A stretch of 64,000 nucleotides of DNA from positions 157,914,001-157,978,000 of the forward strand of contig NW_027362768.1 of NCBI RefSeq assembly GCF_046119375.1. The letters run 5' to 3'. The notes below the pieces were generated by a model. The model made no database searches. It saw nothing but the letters and a program-made list of their open reading frames with translations, and was not told the origin of the DNA. Made by a program: the position numbers and the translations under genes. Below are positions 35,735 to 50,700 of the stretch, piece by piece (the stretch's first letter is position 1; each line of letters begins with the position of its first letter). The stretch is from Phyllobates terribilis. Taxonomy: Eukaryota.

Positions 35735-38700
35735 TCACAGTTCTTTTTCATTCTCTTTCTTAATCCCCAGACCGATCAGCACAGAGCTCTCCAGGGCCAA
35801 GTATGTGCCGTACTCTCGGCTTATCTCCTCCTCGAGCTGCTCCTTTGACTTCACCGGTGGAGAGATTTCCTAGACATAAATAGGACAGAGTTATACTCGA
35901 CTTCCTTCTCTTATCCTATGTGATCACTCATGGATATAAAAACAAGTAGAAGTGACGGCACAAAGTGCAAGAGCCGAGCAGTGTGGAGCGAGATACTTAC
36001 GCTTTTCTTGCTGTGCTCCTTCAGCTCCAGCGTTCTCTTCTCTGCAGCCCGAAATGTCTTTCTCTGTTCATAATATTCCAAATGACTGACCTCCCTGTCC
36101 AAGTAATGCAGGACCGCGGTGCTCTGCAGAAGAGAAAGGAGAATATTGCTGCGGACATGTTCCCACAATTGCAGACGGGACAACCCATAGCGGATCTTAC
36201 AATGCAAGCTGCCAATGCCACCGTTGCAAATTTCCTCATAGTGGTAGAAGAAGCCATTGGTCAGGAAAAACAAATTCACCAATTCAGCTGCAACCAGCAG
36301 CTTTAGCAGAGGACCTCAATTATGAAGTCCAGATATTAGACCCTTCCACTGTTCCCAGTTGTTGGGGTCAATACTACTTCTTCACTAACTCTACTAGTGC
36401 CCATGTTTCCCTGGCATGGTGCCATGGAGTCACAGCTGTCAACTGGACCTAAATGGTTTCAACCAAGGAGCCAGGGCCAAAGAGCCAGTTGTGAAACTGG
36501 GCACAGACACAAACATTTATGTCTATAGGATTTACCAATAGTATATGAGACTGTTGGTTTTCCTTGGGGCGGACAAGGACCCAACATGGTGGCCCTTTTC
36601 TTGTCCAAGCCTCTTATATTCCCTGGAAAGGCCCAGGAGGAATCAGGACTGATCAATATTTCTGACAGTCATTATATGTATATGGTAAAGCACCTAAAAG
36701 GCTTCAAAGGGGTTGTCAACCTTCAAGATTCCCTTTACCATAGAGGAACCTATGAAATTACCCTGATTACATGGTGTCTTGCGATGCAAGCTGCCAATGC
36801 CACCACTGCAAATTTTCATGTAGGCCTGGTGGCGAATGGTAGAAGAAGCCATAGGTCAGGAAAAATGAATTCACCAATTCAGCTGCAACCAGTAGCTTTA
36901 GCAGAGGACCTCAATTATGGAGTCCAGACATTAGACCCCTCCACTGTTTCCAGTTCTTGGGCTCAATACTTCTTCACTTACTCTACTAGTGCCAATGTTT
37001 TCCTGGCATGGTGCCATCGAGTCACAGCAGCCAATTGGACCTAAATGGTTTCAACCAAAGAACCAGGGTAAAAGAGCCAGTTGTGAAGCTGGGCACAGAC
37101 ACAGACATTTATGTCTATAGGACTTACCAATAGTATATGAGACTCTTGGTTTTCCTTGGGGCAGATAAGGACCCAACATGGTGGCCCTTTTCTTGTCCAA
37201 GCCTCTTATATTCCCTGGAAAGGACCAGGAGGAATCAAGACTGATCAATATTTCTGACAGTCATTATATGTATATGGTAGAGTGCCTAAAAGGCTTCAAA
37301 GGGGTTGTCAACCTTCAAGAATCACTTTACCATAGAAGAACCTATGAAATGACCCTGATTACATGGTGTCTTGCAATGCAAGCTGCCAATGCCACCGCTG
37401 CAAATTTTCATGTAGGCCTGGTGGCGAATGGTAGAAGAAGCCATTGGTCAGGAAAAACAAATTCACCAAATCAGCTGCAACCAGCAGCTTTAGCAGAGGA
37501 CCTCAATTATGGAGTCCAGACATTAGACCCTTCCACTGTTTCCAGTTGTTGGACTCAATACTTCTTCACTTACTCTATTAGTGCCCATATTTTCCTGGCA
37601 TGGTGCCATCGAGTCACAGCTGTCAACTGGACCTAAATGGTTTCAGCCAGAGTCAAAGAGCCAGTTGTGAAGCTGGGCACAGACACAGACATTTATGTCT
37701 ATAGGATTTACCATTAGTATATGAGACTCTTGGTTTTCCTTGGGGCGGACAAGGACCCAACATGGTGGCCCTTTTCTTGTCTAAGCCTTTTATAATCCCT
37801 GGAAAGGACCAGGAGGAATCACGACTGATCAATATTTCTGACAGTCATTATATGTATATGGTAAAGCACCTAAAAGGCTTCAAAGGGGTTGTCAACCTTC
37901 AAGAATCCCTTTACCATAGAGGAACCTATGAAAATACCCTGATGACATGGTGTCCCATGCTCGGACCACTATTGATCAGTGGTAATTTGCAAAAACAATA
38001 AAACAAACCTTGCCGAATGTGTTAAACTCACTGCAGTGCCACCATAGGACAACATGAAGTATCACTAGTAGTACGTTCAGTCCTAACGCCAGCGTGTGTC
38101 AGTGCGCATGATACACGGGAACCATTTAAACTGGCACGTGAGGCTGGTATAGACACCGAAAAAGGGGTAAAAAATGGTTTGTCAAAGATTCTTGTTATTA
38201 AAGCATCTTCCCGAGTTACAGTAAATGTACGACCACAGAAAGATGCAAGAGTGAAATGTAATAGAAGAAAAGCAAAGATTGTGCAAGTCTATAGGAGGCC
38301 GGAGCAAATCACATCGGCAGCAATAAAATAACACTTTCCTCGTTTATTAATGTGTTCAATATATGAAGACTCTGTCCCCGAACCAACCTCATTAGCGGAC
38401 GGGTGATGTAAGGTCCACGGGATCTGTAATACATGGAGGGTCCCGCTGTCATCGGCCACGGCCAGGAAATGCTGCTTTGCTGCAATAAATAAGATGTAAT
38501 TCATTATTTTGAGTCTGTATCTGTTTTGGTCTCACAATATAATTCCTTATCCTTGGGCATGTGCGAGAAATCCTTGAAGAGGTTGTCTCACAAAAACAAC
38601 CCCTGTTATGGCATATGGGCATTGTAGATGGGGGTCAACAAATGAGGGCAGCCCCCCGTCTATGGGCCAAAATAGAGCTGATTTGTACAAGCAGCTTCCG

Positions 38701-41700
38701 CTCCGGCAGACCTGCGACTGCAAAGAAGTCACCGGTGTCGTCTGATCCGCTCATTTATTACCCTCTGAAGTCTTCCCCCTTCTGTTTGTGAATGAGAAAG
38801 AAAAGGGGATAGATGAATAGATAGATGAGAGTGACACATGACTGCAGGATCAGACTACACATAGTTTACTTGTAGTCTGTAACCATGGCGACACATTGGT
38901 CTGACTGCACCTGCATACACGAAAAGGCCATATCATCATCATTTTTGTATTATTTCAGCTGTTACCTGACATGATCCAGGGTTTAATGCAGGTGATGGCC
39001 GCTGCTGATATGTTCTGCGTCTGAGACGGCTCATGTGTCTTCTCCAGTAAGTCCCAGATATCCACATTTCCATCTTCCTTGCCGATGAAGAAGACGCCGG
39101 GCCTGGACAGTGACCAGTGGGCTGTGGTGTACCTCTTCTGAGTGCAACACGACTGCAAGATCGGTCCGCTCTGCGAGAGAAAGATGCAATAAAAAAATTA
39201 AAATACAAAATAAAATGTTATATAAATATGAAAAAAGTTATTGCAGTGTCTATAACAAACATCCATTTTATTTTATGTTCATTAATATTCCAGAGCCCGT
39301 TCATCACGCCGTCCTACGTGTTTCAGAGAGATATGTCATTAGTCATGGCCTAAAATTATCATACATGGTCAACACTGTTGAAAAAAAATGTCAGGGTTGC
39401 TGTTTTGTGTTCATTCCACCGTCCCAAAAAATTAAAAATGATCAAACACTTAAATGTAACCCAAGATGCTGCCGCAGGCTCTCGTTCACACGTCCGTTTA
39501 CACTTTCCTTTTCTTTGCCCTGTTTTTAAGAACAGATAAATGGAATATATGTCCAAAACGGATCCGCTGCATAACTGAGGCAAATGGAAGCACTGGGCCA
39601 CGTTGGGTCGTATGGGGTCCATCTTGGTTTTTAAAATGTAAGAAAAAGAGCAGCGTGCAAAAAAAATTTTTTCTAAATACAGCACATAATAGAACTCAGA
39701 CATACCCCCTAATAATCAATGCGGCCCCTCTGATTGCATTTCCATCAGTTATCCAGCAGATACATTTTGGACAAGAATTCTGCTATGGAGAGGAGCTCCG
39801 TCCACTATGATAATGTTGTGTTATTCCCTTCCTGCAGCAGGAGACCAAGGAGACATTTATTTCGGGGGTTTATAGGGCCCGAGAGTTATAGGGGCAGGAC
39901 CTGCACTAGTTATGGATCCTGGGGTAGGTTCTGGGAGGAGCGCACTTCCCTGATCTCTTATATTATGTGATGGGGGTCCATCTGCCCAGAATAGTAATAC
40001 TCACAGTGACTCCTTCCTTCCAGATAGCGAAGTTCCAGCCCCCGACGGTGAGTGCAAAGTCCTTCAGAAATGCAGATCTTTGCACAGTGTGGACCAGTCC
40101 ATCATGGATGCCGTGTCTCTGCGAGGGTTTAGCACCTGCAAATACCAAAATTCAATCCACAGTCAGTGGATACACTGGAGATAATGCTATGGGAGACGCT
40201 ACATGCCCTTCCAATAATTGTGCAGTTTATAAAATGTTGCTGCCATGTCCAGATGGTGAATTTACTTATAAAAAGACTATGATCCTGAAACTGCACTAAA
40301 AGTATATGACAAAGGTTCTAGACCCAATAATAATAATAATAATAATAATCTTTATTTATATAGCGCCAACATATTCCGCAGCGCTTAACAATTCACAGGT
40401 TCATGTACAACAGTCATAAGTAACATAGCTAAAGATAATACAATAATTACAGCAAAAATAATGACGACCCTGCTCCTAAGAGCTTACAATCTACAATGAG
40501 GTGGGGGTGACACAAAGTACAATGGCTTATTTACAAGGATAGTCCAGCCATCTTGAGGGGATGAGGGATAGATGAAGGCTGCATGAGCTCATCACCTGCC
40601 AGTATTTGTGGTGCTTTTTGGTTGGGTGGAGACTTATGTTTGGAGAAATAAGGAATGGGCTATGAGAATATAAAAGGACTTTGATTAGGGAACGTGATAG
40701 GCCACCCTAAACAGATGTGTTTTTAGGGAGCGCCTAAAACTGTGTAAGTTGTGGTTCATCCTAATTTCTTGGGGTAGAGCATTCCAAAGAATAGGTGCAG
40801 CTCGGGAGAAGTCTTGAAGCCGGGAGTGGGAGGTACGGATTAGTGCGGATGTTAGTCGAAGGTCGCTTGCAGAGCGTAGAAAACGGGTAGGCCGATAGAC
40901 AGAGATGAGGGAAGAGATGTAGGGGGGTGCCACACTGTGGAGAGCTTTGTGGGTGAGAACAAGCAATTTAAATTGGATCCTATAATTCATGGGCAGCCAG
41001 TGCAATGACTGGCACAGAGCGAAGGAGTCTGAGTAACGATTAGCCAGATAGATGACCCTGGCTGCAGCATTAAGGATGGACTGGAGGGGGGAAAGTCGAG
41101 TGAGGGGGAGGCCAATTAAGAGAGAGTTACAGTAGTCAAGGCGGGAGTGGATCAGGGCAACAGTGAGGGTTTTTGTTGTTTCCAAGGTGAGAAAGGGGCG
41201 GATTCTAGAAATGTTCTTCAGGTGCAAGCGACAAGAGCGGGCAAGAGATTGTATGTGGAGGGTGAAGGAGAGATTGGTGTCAAACACAACGCCCAGGCAA
41301 CGCGCCTACTTGCTCGGCATTATTGTGGTGCCACACATTGAGAGAGAGATGTCAGATTTAGAGAGGTGAGTAGACAGCGGGAACAGAAGAAATTCAGTTT
41401 TTGAGAGGTTGAGTTTCAGATAGAGAGCGGACATGATTTTAGAAACTGCGGCCAGACAGTCACTGGTGTTCTGTAGTACAGCGGGGGTAAGGTCAGGGGA
41501 TGAGGTGTATAGTTGTGTGTCATCAGCATAAAGATGATACTGCAAACCAAATTTGCTGATTGTCCGTCCAATTGGGGCTGTGTAGAGAGAGAAGAGAAGA
41601 GGGCCAAGGACTGAACCCTGAGGAACCCCAATAGTGAGAGGAAGAGGGGAAGAAGTGGAGCCAGCGAACGATACACTGAAAGAGCGGTCAGATAGGTAGG

Positions 41701-44700
41701 AGGAGAACCAGGAGAGAGCAGTGTCCTTTATGCCGATTGAGTGAAGCATAGAGAGTAGGAGGTTGTGGTCAACGGTGTCAAAGGCTGCAGAGAGGTCAAA
41801 AAGAATGAGCAAAGAGTGGTCACCATTACGTTTTGCTGTCAGAAGGTCATTGGTTACTTTGATGAGTGCAGTTTCTGTAGAATGTAGAGGGCGGAAGCCG
41901 GACTGTGATGGGTCTAGAAGAGAGTGAGTGGAGAGGTAGCTGGTAAGGCGGGAGTAGACCAGGCGCTCCAAGAGTTTAGAGATGAAGGGAAGATTGGAGA
42001 CTGGCCTGTAGTTGTTTGTGCAGGAAGGGTCAAGAGAGGGCTTTTTTAATAATGGAGTGATGATGGAGTGTTTGAAGGAGGAGGGGAAGATACCCGAAGA
42101 GAGGGAGAGGTTGAAGATTTTAGTTAGGTGAGTAGTGACGACTGAAGAAAGAGACTGGAGTAGATGTGAGGGGATGGGGTCAGTGGTGCATGTGGTGGGA
42201 TGAGAAGAAGAGAGGAGCCTGGAGACTTCGTCTTCTGTGACTGGGTCAAATGTGGAGAGGGATCCAGAGGGGATGTGCGGGGGGATGGGAGTCACGGCAC
42301 TTTGTGGCTGGGAGCCGATTTCCTGACGGATGGTGTCTATTTTCTCTGTGAAGTAGGAAGCCAGGTCCTCAGCACAAATGTCCGTGGTGGGGGCCTGCGC
42401 TTTAGGACTGAGGAGGGAGTGAAAGGTATCAAAGAGTTTTTTGGGGTTGTTGGATAGTGAGGAGATCAGGGTGGTGAAGTAGGTCTGTTTGGCGAAGTGA
42501 AGGGCAGAGTTATATGTTTTTAACATAAATTTGTAGTGGATAAAGTTTTCTGATGTCCGAGTTTTCCTCCATAGCCGTTCGGCACTTCTAGAGCATCGCT
42601 GGAGAAATCGGGTTTGCGGCGTGAGCCAGGGCTGTTTTACTCTGTGTTTAGAGGTTCTGAGGGTGAGGGGCGCTAATTGGTCCAGCATGCTTCTGAGAGT
42701 GTCATTGTAGTGGTTTACAACCAGATTAGGACAGGAAGAAGAGGAGATTGGGGACAGTGATGAGTGAAGGGAGTCTGTGAGTGTATGAGGGTTAATGGCT
42801 TGTAGATTTCTGAATGTGTGATAGGTAGGAGTGTGCTGGGGCGGGCGAGGATTTGTGAGCGTGAAGGAGAGAATGTTATGATCAGAGAGGGGAAGAGGGG
42901 AGTTATTTAGGTGGGGGATTGAACTAAGCCGGACAAAGACCAGATCAAGGGTGTTTCCATCTTTGTGTGTCTCAGAGGTTGAAAGCTGTGAGAGGCCGAG
43001 AGAAGTGGTTAAAGATAGAAGCTGGGATGCGGATGAGGAGGTGGGGCTGTTTATGGGGATGTTGAACGAAGAAGAAAACGGAGGAGGGTCCAGGATGGGT
43101 CTATGGACCACTGATGTACATAGTGTATATACAGACAACTCACTGATGAGTCTTCCAGTGTCTCCGTCCTTTTCCATCTTCCAGTCTGTGTACAGCAGCT
43201 CCCCGTCCTGTAGTAAGATGGACAGAGTGGACAATGGCGTGTTATATTGTCACTAATATATACACAAGACATATGGCCGCTCTTACCATTCCCAAAGTGC
43301 AGATCCAGTGAATGTCAGATAAGATGACCATACTTGTTAGATGGCTGGCACCAATCAGCCATTCCTCTGACCCCTCAATACACAGCTGGGTTCAACAAAA
43401 CAATGGTATATCTCCAATGAGAACAAAGGTTCGGCCATGCTGGAGCCCATTGTACCTGATCCCTCTTCCCCCTACATCTGCCATTAGGAGAGAGTTCAAA
43501 CCCCTCTCGATGGTCGGCCGGTGACTTCAGCCGACGTTCGTCTCTTGTGTGTACTGCACCTTTATAAATGATCTGAGGGGATTAATCAGTATTATATTCC
43601 CTGAAATGCTGGTTATCACAGTTCCCCAACCAGTGGCTCAGGGGCCACGTGTGTCTCTTGGGTCCCCGGCATGTGGCTCTTTTAGAAACAATCGTATCAG
43701 TGTAAAAACCATATCACTTGTAGTATAGCTGAAAAGTGACAAAAAACGCACAATAGGACATCACCCGGGCAATAAACGTTGTAGATAGTCTGGTATTACT
43801 CACCAGGCTGGGTTGTATCAGGCACAACTCCTATGCAGGTATAGATATCAGCTGCGCCGTATACCGGAATAAAACCAGCAGTAAATGCAATAGTAGAGAG
43901 GGATATACAGATAATTCTGCTGCAGGTCAAGAAGATATCCAATGGCGATGATGGTGTTGAAGAAAGAGCAGTTTTATTAAACAACGCGTTTCAGTCATTG
44001 CAGTCATTGTGTTTTGCTCCTGATGAAGGAGTTTGTTCAACTCTGAAATGCGTTAATTAATAAAACTGCTGTTTGTTCAACACCATCATCTCCATTAGAT
44101 ATCTTCTTGACCAGCAGCAGAATTATCCGTATATCCCTTTCTACTATATAAATAATTGTCCACTTTTATGATTTATTGATCTTACCTATGATGACTGTGC
44201 TGCTGACCACAAATATTTTCAGGATTTTGTCGTGTAGTCACTGGGCGATGTAAAGCCCCTGTACATTATCTCCTTCTGTGGATTCTTTATTTTGTGTGAT
44301 TTGCTGTCAGGATTCCAGTTGACCTTCTACAGTTTGACCACTAGTGGCTGCTATTGTTCACCTTAATAATTGTGCTGCAATCCCACTCCTTACCACTGGA
44401 GGCTGCTGTTGTGTTCTGCAATTACCCTTTACTAAGATGGCAGATTCTGAACCTGTGGGATCCATCTTGTTTCCTGTTCAGTTCTACTTAAAGCTGCATG
44501 GATCTCTCACTCATTGCTTGAGTATTGTGTCTAGCTGTTAGCCTAGTTTCCAGTCTCCAAGCTCCTGAACATTCTTACCTGGATTGTTCTCACCTATCTA
44601 TGGATTGTTTCCTACAACTCCTTTTTGCTAACTACAAGAACTTGTACTAATGCTTGCTTTTGCTGCTTGTGTGCCTTCGGCCACTGGTTTCCAGCAGTAC

Positions 44701-47700
44701 TAGGCCAGTATCATAACATTTGCTGACATTTACCAAGCGCTACCGTCTGTATCTCAGAGATGGAAGAACTCACTTCAGTTCCGGCAAAATAACTGGTGTT
44801 GACGTCCTCCAGAATTTTGTTGTTCTTGGCAGAGGTCGCTCTTAAACTGCTGTAATGAATGGATCCCTCGGATTTCTCCTCTTTGATCGGAGTCTGTAGT
44901 TTATCTACACACGATGGAGAGAAAGAAGAGAATAAGTAATATTACAGATGTGCTATGAATATATATGGCTGTGTAAGCCCAGAGCGATCTGTCAGACCCA
45001 TACAGCCAGGAATCATTATGTTCAAGAGACCACCTCACCGGCAGAGTATGGGGCGCTGGTGGTGGCAGCAATGGTCCTGGGTGATCACCATTGCTGACTA
45101 TAGATCTTCCTCACCTTAAGCCTTTCTTAAGAACATATCACACTGAATCCTCCAAGACAATGGATGTCCTGTCTTTAGGAGCGGCCGTCACTGTTTGATC
45201 AGTGGGGGTCGCCCTATCCTATGGAGATACCTGACATCAGGGATCCCGTGCAGAGCCCTGTCCAGAATACAGGGAGGTGCACATGCCAACCTCCGCTCCA
45301 TTCATTGCCTATGGGACTAGTGGAGAAGGAAGAGTACATCGCTCGGCTATTTCCATCAGTCCCACTGACGTCCTGCTTAGGGATGTCCTCCATGCTTGAT
45401 TATCTATGAAGGAATGTCGTTTTCTGACCAGGCCACTGCTTGCCCAGAATAGATCCTTTCCTCATCCTTTATCTTTTTCACCGTGGATGTATTATCACAA
45501 ATCTAAGGAACGGTGGTTCCTGCGAGAACGGCCAGCATCCTGCTATTAAAGGCGGCAGAATGGATCAGTGTCACATGAAGAAGCTGTGAGTTCCTGTATG
45601 TGATATCCTGAGGTTTTGGCGCTGAATGACAACGTGACGGAATTAGACTCAGGAGGAGAATGGCGTGTGCCGGGGAAACGTTGGCCGCGGCTCTGGAATG
45701 CCCGAGTCTGGCTGTAAAACAAGCCTGAGGCTTCCGCATCACCCCCGGGAAGTGTAGACCCCATTGTCCTCAAAGGAGCAGAGTCCGGGGATACAACGCA
45801 GGACTGCAGGAACAGGAGCCGGCTGTGGGGGCAGAGGCCTCGCTGTCTGTGGGCCCCAATAATAGGGCCACAAAATGTAACCTCCCAGCATATATAAGCT
45901 AGGGTGATAAAACAGTGACCTATACTACAGTAAACTCAGGAATGGACGATACAATGGGCAAAAGGGGCAACTGGACTGGGGCACTGCAATTTAAAGGGGT
46001 ATTATTACCACCCACTTTGCAATACAAAATGTAATGTCCCTGCTTGCTCATATGCCAACATGGCATCCAGAAAACACAGCAATCTTCTCCCTGTGCGGAG
46101 TCACATATCTGTAGCGTCATTCTAACATCTTAGATGTCTTATAGGGAAAGTAAAGGAGGAACTGCGGATGCTCATCCTACATAAAGATGGATAGGAGAGA
46201 ACGTATCTACTGACAACAGTCCTTACACAATGGCTTGTACTGTTTAGCACAGTATGGCGGTATTATTACATTTGGAACAGTATGGCGGTATTATTACATT
46301 TGGCACTGTATGGAAGCTTCATTATATTTGACACTGTATGGCAGTATTAATATATTTGGCATTGTATAGTGGTATTATACTTGGCACTGTTTGATGGAAT
46401 TATTACATTTGACACTGGCGGAATTATTATATTTCGCACTGTATGGTTGTATTATTATATTTGGCACACTATGGTAGTATTATTATATTTCGCACTGTAT
46501 GGTGGCATTGTTATATTTGGCATAGTATGGTGGTATCATATTTGGCACTGTATGGTGTCATATTATATTTGACACTGGTGGTATCATATTTGCACAGTAT
46601 GGCAGCATTATCATATTTTCCACTGTATGGCGGTATTATTATATTTGGCACAATGTGGCACTTATTTGGATTGTATTGTGACTATTAGTGGCATGTTCTC
46701 TCCTTACAAAACATGGCAGTAGTTTCCACAGATCCTGCCCTGGACTATATGATATTTCCCAAGTATTCTGCTCAGAGACTGCGTCACTCATAAATCATGG
46801 AGTACTCGAGTCACATCATGTGCCCGGCCATCCATCGAGGTGGGATCCACCTGAGAGAGCACAGAGCTGGTCTTACCTGCCGTCCTGCAGTGATGATGCT
46901 CATCTCTAAGGCTGATTTTGATGGGGCTGAACTCTCCTCCTGTCTCAATCTTTGGAATTGAAGACTTAAAATAGAAAGAAATAACAGCAAATGATTGTTA
47001 GAAGTACAAAACTGCAAAATTCAATTGATTTCCTTATATAAGATGAAGCTCCAAACCACGCACAGCTGTTGTTATACAATCTGTCTACCTAAAGCCACCA
47101 CTAGAGGGAGCTCAAGAGATCAGATAATACTGTATATACATTGAACTCAACAAAAAGTCAGTATACAGTGAGCACAGAAGCTCCCCCTAGTGGGGGTAGC
47201 AGACAATCACAATGCTGTCATATAATGCAGGGCACTAAAAGTTATACACAAAAATAAGAGCACCGATTCATATAAAGTTTTTGTAGAAATTAAAAATGTT
47301 AAACCTTCAAATGAGATGGTGTTAAAAGGCAGATATTACCTTCAATGCACGTAAATGAAAAGTCTGGTCACTTTGTATGTATAGTTTATTATTATTTCTC
47401 TTACACTAATGTAAAGTTATAGTGCTGGATTCACAATTCTGTAGCTTTCAGAGCTGAAATCTCCCGGCATGCCCCAGAATTGTAATTTCCATTAACAGTG
47501 ATGCCTATTTACACCAGGTGATGTATAACAATCTAATGTGGAAACAGCTATCACTGCATCACAGCAGCTCGGCTTGTTGACCGTTTACAGTATGAACCAA
47601 CAGAATTATGAATGCAGCTCTGGAGTATAAGGCTATGTGCACACATTGAATATTTGCAGCAGATTCTTCTGCAGCAAAAACCAGTAAAATACACATGTTT

Positions 47701-50700
47701 GTGAAGCCTTTTTTCTTGCATTTTTCTCACATTCACTTGAATAGATGAAAAACGCTGCAAAAAATTCTTAAAGAATTAACAAGATGCAGATATAAAAAAA
47801 GCATTAATGCTTCAAATCTGCAAGGAAAGCATAATCCACAAGTGCAGGAGATTTCACAAATCCCAGGAAAGCGCTGGTATGTCGTCAACACCTGTCCGTC
47901 CGAAAGTCTGCAATTAATTACATGGCTGGGGAAAAAATGTTGCATTAAGTTTCCAGCCAGGGAAGTAAATGAGGGGGAAAAGGAGATTTTTGTGTACTCA
48001 CCGTAAAATCTCTTTCTCTTAGCCTCTAATTGGGGGGACACAGGACCATGGGTGTTATGCTGCTGTCCACTAGGAGGCGACACTATGCATAATCTGAAAA
48101 AGATTAACAGTGGCTCCTCCTCTGCAGTATACACCCCTGGACGGCGTCAGCCTTCTCCAGTTTTGTGCCAAAGCATTAGGAGGAACGTAACATGGATAAC
48201 ATAACCATGCCTATAAGAAGGCAACTATGTATGAGCTCAAACAAAACAATATGAGAACTCAACATAACAACGGCCCGGAACGGGCAACAGGGTGGGAGCT
48301 GTGTCCCCAAAATAGAGGCTAAGAGAAAGAGATTATACGGTAAGTACACAAAAATCTCCTTTACTCTGTCGCCTCATTGGGGGACACAGGACCATGGGAC
48401 GTCCCAAAGCAGTCCCTGGGTGGTGTAACGGGTCTGGGAGGCGGAACCTCTGAGCTACTATACAAGGGGGCGGTCCTTGTAAGGGAGCGGGTGGCGACCA
48501 GGCAGGCAGTCACAGCAGGTGACCGGGACAGTCTCTGGAAGAACGGGCAGGAGGTCACGGCAAGTGACCGGGGCAGTCTCTGGGTAAAGGGTTGGTACGA
48601 CCTGTGGCGGCTGATGGTAGACGTGAGCTCCCAGGTGAGCAGGCGAGAATCTCTGGATAAACGGGTGGTCACAGCATGTGACGGCGGAGCCTCCAGGAAG
48701 ACCAACAGACAGGCGGCAGATGAGCGCTCCCAGGTGAGCGGGCAGAAGTCTCTGGATAGGCGGGTGGTCACAGCACGTGACGGCAGAGCCTCGAGGTAGG
48801 CTAGCAGACAGGCAGCAGATGAGCGCTCCCAGGTGAGCGGGCAGGAGTCACTGGACAGGCGGGTGGTCACAGCACGTGACGGCGGAGCCTCCAGGTAGGC
48901 TAGCAGGCAGGTAGCAGATGTGCGCTCCCAGGTGAGCGGGCAAGCTGGTCCATAGACAGACTGACAGGAGTTGGAAGGCAGACCGTCGGACCTCAGGCAA
49001 GCAGGCAGGTAGCTGATGTGCGCTCCCAGGTGAGCGGGCAAGCTGGTCCTTAGACAGACTGACAGGAGTTGTAAGGCAGACCGTCGGACCTCAGGCTAGC
49101 AGAATATCAGGCAGGAATAAGACAGCAAGCTGGCAGGAATCTGGCAGGTATCTGGCAGGTAACTGGCAACGGGACCTGAGGGCTGAAGCAGAGTAGTGAA
49201 CAGTGCAACAACATTGCTCGGGCACCTCCATTTTGGAGGAGGTGCCTTATATATGGTGAAGTCCTCCGGCCATTGGCCGGGGACTCCTTAGGACGGCGCG
49301 CGCGGCCCCTTTAAGAGGGAGGGAGAGCGCGCGCGCGCGCCCTAAGCACAGTGGCCGGGAAGGAGCGCGCGCTGCCAGCAGAGCGGGAGGAGGACGCCGG
49401 GCACGGAGCAGAGAGGTGAGGGGAACAGCGTCCCTGCCTAGCAGAGAGCAGGGACGCCGGCGCTACAGTACCCCCCCCCTTTAGGCCCCCCCTTTTTTAG
49501 GCCAGACAGAAATTTAGCAAGGATAAGAGGGGCATGGATGTTCTCCCGGGGCTCCCACGTTCTCTCCTCAGGACCAAACCCCTTCCAATCTACTAGAAAA
49601 AAGGTCTTTCCTCTTACCCTTTTGGTGGCAAGAATGTTCTCTACCTCAAACTCGTCCTCAGCAGAAACCGGAGCAGGAGGCGTACCTGTAGACTTGGAAA
49701 AAGAGTTAAGTAGCACAGGTTTGAGGAGAGATACATGGAAGGAGTTAGGGATCCGTAAGTTGGCCGGGAGTTTCAATTTATAGGCCACCGGGTTGATCTG
49801 ACTGATGACCTCCAGAGGGCCGATGAACCGAGGCCCTAACTTGTAAGAAGGTATCTTGAGTCGGACATATTTAGATGAGAGCCAGACTTTATCTCCAGGA
49901 CGAAATTGTGGAGGATCCAGGCGTTTTTTGTCAGCGTGTCTTTTCATCCGTTCGGACGACTGAAGGAGTGCGGATCGGGTACTCTCCCAAATGGAGGAAA
50001 ATTTGCTAACGAGAGATTCCGCAGCCGGGTTGTCCACAGAGGTGGAGACAGGAAAAGGAATCCGAGGATGCTGACCGAAGACTACAAAAAACGGGGATTT
50101 GGAGGAGGATTCGCTCTCGTGATTGTTATAAGAGAACTCGGCCCATGGTAGGAGATCCACCCAGTCTGAATGATGAGCATTAACGAAGTGCCGGAGGTAA
50201 CTGGTCAGGTTCTGATTGATCCGCTCCACTTGACCATTGGACTGTGGGTGGTAAGCGGAAGAGAAGTCCAGGGTGACGTCTAGCAGTTTACAAGTGGCTC
50301 TCCAGAAGTGTGAGGTGAACTGTACCCCACGATCCGACACGATGTGGAGGGGCAGGCCATGAAGACGAAAGATGTGACGAATAAAGTCTTTAGCTAGCTC
50401 GGGTGCAGACGGGAGGCCTGGCAGGGGAACGAAATGAGCCTTCTTGGAGAAGCGGTCAGCGACCACCCAAATGACCGTACAACCGGCAGAGACTGGGAGG
50501 TCAGTTATAAAGTCCATTGCTATATGCTGCCAGGGGGCAGCAGGTACAGAAAGCGGAAGGAGGCGACCGGCTGGCAGATGTCTCGGAACCTTGTTGCGGG
50601 CGCAGGACACACAGGCAGAAACAAAGTCTATTACGTCCTTGTGCAGGGTAGGCCACCAGTAGTGCCGGGTAATAAGCTGGAGGGTCTTTTTCTGACCGGC

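Noticed and set aside
48361-49041. 226-241 aa ORFs in both LTRs (also 53619-54344)
   Set aside because: GC-rich LTR subrepeats read without stops; the peptide is repetitive and has no recognisable domain.
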